Shown here: positions 61,727 to 64,000 of the stretch, piece by piece
Position numbering within the stretch: the stretch's first letter is position 1
Layout: each line of letters opens with the position of its first letter
Source: an uncultured Nitrospira sp.
GTDB lineage: Bacteria; Nitrospirota; Thermodesulfovibrionia; Thermodesulfovibrionales; UBA6898
Direction of reading: 5' to 3'
Length of the DNA: 64,000 nucleotides
Assembly (NCBI GenBank): GCA_963746295.1
Contig: CAVVAQ010000028.1
Span: forward strand, 1-64,000
Notes under the pieces: generated by a model
The model's database searches: none
What the model saw: only the letters and a program-made list of their open reading frames with translations
Told to the model about the DNA's origin: nothing
Position numbers and translations under genes: made by a program

Positions 61727-63017
61727 ATGGCGGACACGGAATATCCCTCCAGAATTTTTGCAGAGGTCACTACCAGGTGCAACCTCGCCTGCGGTATGTG
61801 CGTAAAGCAGAACAACCTCGGCGGAATCGAGGAAGGCAGTATGTCGTCGGACACATTTGAAGCCCTGGTCCCGGCCTTTCCGCATCTTACTGCGATTGTG
61901 CTCAACGGGATAGGCGAGTCCCTGCTTCATCCCCAGTTAGAGACGTTCGTCGCAAAAGCAAGATCTCTCCTTCCAAAAAATGCGTGGGTGGGCTTCCAGT
62001 CGAACGGTATGGCGCTGAACGATCAACGCGCCCTATCACTTGTCGAGGCAGGGCTCGACCGTATCTGTCTCTCCCTCGATACAGTTTCAGACGATAGTTT
62101 TCGCGCGATCCGGAGCGGAGGAGAGCTGCAAGGAATTGCCTCTGCGTTTTCTTGCCTGAACAAGGCCAAAGCCCGGCGCAGAGGGAAGGACCTCAGGACC
62201 GGGATTGAGTTCGTGCTCATGCGAAACAATCTTGCTGAACTGCCCGAGGCTATCCGGTGGGCAGGCAGGGCGGGCGCCAGTTTTTTCATTGTCACACAGC
62301 TCCTCCCGTACCATAAAGACCTCGTAGCGCAGGCTGCCTATGACACCAACACTGCAGGCGCCATAGCGATTTACGAACACTGGAGAGCAAAGGCATTGCG
62401 TGAAGGTGTAGACATTCTGGGTTATTTCGATATCTTCATGAAGTTCACAAAGACCGAAGAAGATCAGAGGATCATCAACTACGTCGAGCAGATGAGAAAC
62501 GACGCGAATGAGCAGGGAATAACCCTCCACATGGAAAGGCTGCTGCTGCGGGATGAGGAGTGGTTTGATGACGTTGCACGGATATTCTCGGAAGCACGCC
62601 GTGCTGCTGAGGAAGCGAAGATCGAACTGACCCTGCCGGGCATGGCGCCAAGAAATACGAGACGCTGCGAGTTTGTCGAAGGAGACAGCGCGTTCGTCTC
62701 GTGGAATGGCGACGTTCATCCCTGCTACTTTCTCTGGCACAACTATGCCTGCTATGTCGGAGGGATAGAAAAGCAGATAAAACCTTGGGTACTCGGCAGT
62801 CTGCAGCGACCGGGATATCATTGATATCTGGAACGATACAGACTTTCGATCTTTCAGGGAGCGTGTGCGGGGATACAGATTCCCCTTCTGTTTTGACTGC
62901 GGCTTCGCGCTCTGCGACTATGTCGCTGAAGCCGACTTTGAACAGGATTGTTATATCGAGAAAGTCCCCTGTGGCGCCTGTCTCTGGTGTACCGGATTGT
63001 TTCACTGTCTCCAGTGA
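61727..63017 (+). CDS. Radical SAM/SPASM putative metalloenzyme maturase (frameshift ~62810)
   Basis: CNLACGMC and CEFV...GDVHPC; Cys-rich tail CFDCGFALCDY...DC....PCGACLWCTGLFHCLQ* in the shifted frame. Confidence 0.9.
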
Positions 63018-63082
63018 ACATTCACTATTACCTATGCTACAATGAAAAAAGATGTTGATACTAATGGAAGGAGGAAAGCACT

Positions 63083-63595
63083 ATGCCTGACTTACCCGAT
63101 AGAAACGCAGAAAACCAGGGCAAGGACCTCTGCATCCATATCTCACTTCAGCCTATGCCTTCAAAGATGCGGGCGAGCGACGGAAAGAATATTCCCTTCA
63201 CAAGGGCGATCCTGACGATTCGCAATATCTGCGATGCGGAGGCAATAGACGTTGTACCGCACGCCACCCTGGGCCAGGAGAGCGGTACTGTCCAGGATGT
63301 CTCCAGTTCCTTTTCTCATTCAGCTACCGCCTCTATCCCTCCCGGCGGGAACGTAAGCTGGGACGTCTACGATCTCCTGCTCCCTGCTCATCCCGGTACC
63401 GCAAGCAAGGTGCATATGTTCGGATACCGTGCGGCCCTGAACTGGAGATTCGATCTCACGGTATGGGCTGAATACCGATCCTCAGCCTCTTCCGTAACTC
63501 TGCAGACACCAATCTCACATTGGTCATTGCGATGGAGCGTCGCAAATTCGTCCACAGGAGAAGTAGAGCTTACCATAGAAGACGTGAAGGACTGA
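63083..63595 (+). CDS. Hypothetical protein
   Basis: 170-aa ORF with SD AAGGAGG; no family recognised. Confidence 0.65.
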   Translation: MPDLPDRNAENQGKDLCIHISLQPMPSKMRASDGKNIPFTRAILTIRNICDAEAIDVVPHATLGQESGTVQDVSSSFSHSATASIPPGGNVSWDVYDLLLPAHPGTASKVHMFGYRAALNWRFDLTVWAEYRSSASSVTLQTPISHWSLRWSVANSSTGEVELTIEDVKD

Positions 63596-64000
63596 TTGAG
63601 TCTCTTTTTCTTAAATACGCGAGCACTTCTGAGTAAGAGGCAAGGTCCCCCTTTTTTTGATATGTATCAATCCGCTCCTGTTCTCCTGAGATTAACCCTG
63701 CCCTGGAAGCAATCACTGTTCCCTGTGAGTGAGCTACGTGCTCTTCCCAGGCCAGGGCATGTCCCGGATAACTATGAAGATACAGGTCAGGATACTTCCT
63801 AATCGCTACCGTAACAGCCGTCATAAAAGCGCGTTCCTGGTGGAAGGGAGCAGCAGTGATAATTACAGAACGATAATTCTCTTTTTTCGCATGTAGTATT
63901 AGCGCTTCAGCTTCTATCAAGGTATTTAATGTATCGGTCGGTTCAACAGGCACCTCTTCAATTATCGAACTTTCAATACCAAGTTTCATGAGCGCTTTCC
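63570..64000 (-). CDS. YdcF/DUF218-like protein, partial (runs off window)
   Basis: NTLIEA...SVIITAAPFHQERA motif. Confidence 0.7.
   Translation of the reverse strand, partial: KALMKLGIESSIIEEVPVEPTDTLNTLIEAEALILHAKKENYRSVIITAAPFHQERAFMTAVTVAIRKYPDLYLHSYPGHALAWEEHVAHSQGTVIASRAGLISGEQERIDTYQKKGDLASYSEVLAYLRKRDSISPSRLLW

Noticed and set aside
1..64000. CRISPR arrays, tRNA/rRNA, tmRNA, transposases, integrases, prophage genes
   Set aside because: No regularly spaced repeats or diagnostic motifs were seen by eye.

Overview
A 64 kb bacterial window that looks like an unpolished long-read or concatenated metagenomic assembly: many otherwise intact genes carry single-base frameshifts. The first ~4 kb is very GC-rich and holds gene fragments (acetoacetate-CoA ligase C-terminal half, Sel1 protein, CDF transporter, truncated dipeptidase). 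It switches abruptly at ~3980 to a moderate-GC genome. Gene content suggests an anaerobic diderm such as Nitrospirota/Thermodesulfovibrionia or Desulfobacterota (inference only). The main segment carries, in order: galU plus a giant cyclic beta-1,2-glucan synthase; a truncated NCS2 permease; def-fmt; rsmB-PASTA-rpe-TPR-pgsA-DUF512-aroE; lptCAB-rpoN-hpf-rapZ-cysteine desulfurase; a ~12 kb neighbourhood of RNA, translation and cold-shock genes; DUF4388-PilT; a 9-heme cytochrome c; rtcA; ktrBA; an M1-M28-PDZ peptidase with a PD40 propeller; and a tungsten AOR locus with MoaD and a radical SAM/SPASM enzyme. No rRNA, tRNA, CRISPR array or transposase was recognised. The best candidate for an undescribed system is a conserved terminator-like 5'-leader RNA, with a possible competing pairing, shared by two cold-shock genes and a non-homologous RRM-rpsU operon. 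Other notable signals are recurrent leaderless promoters, a sigma54 site abutting the sigma70 promoter of the rpoN operon, and a tricorn-like peptidase module.
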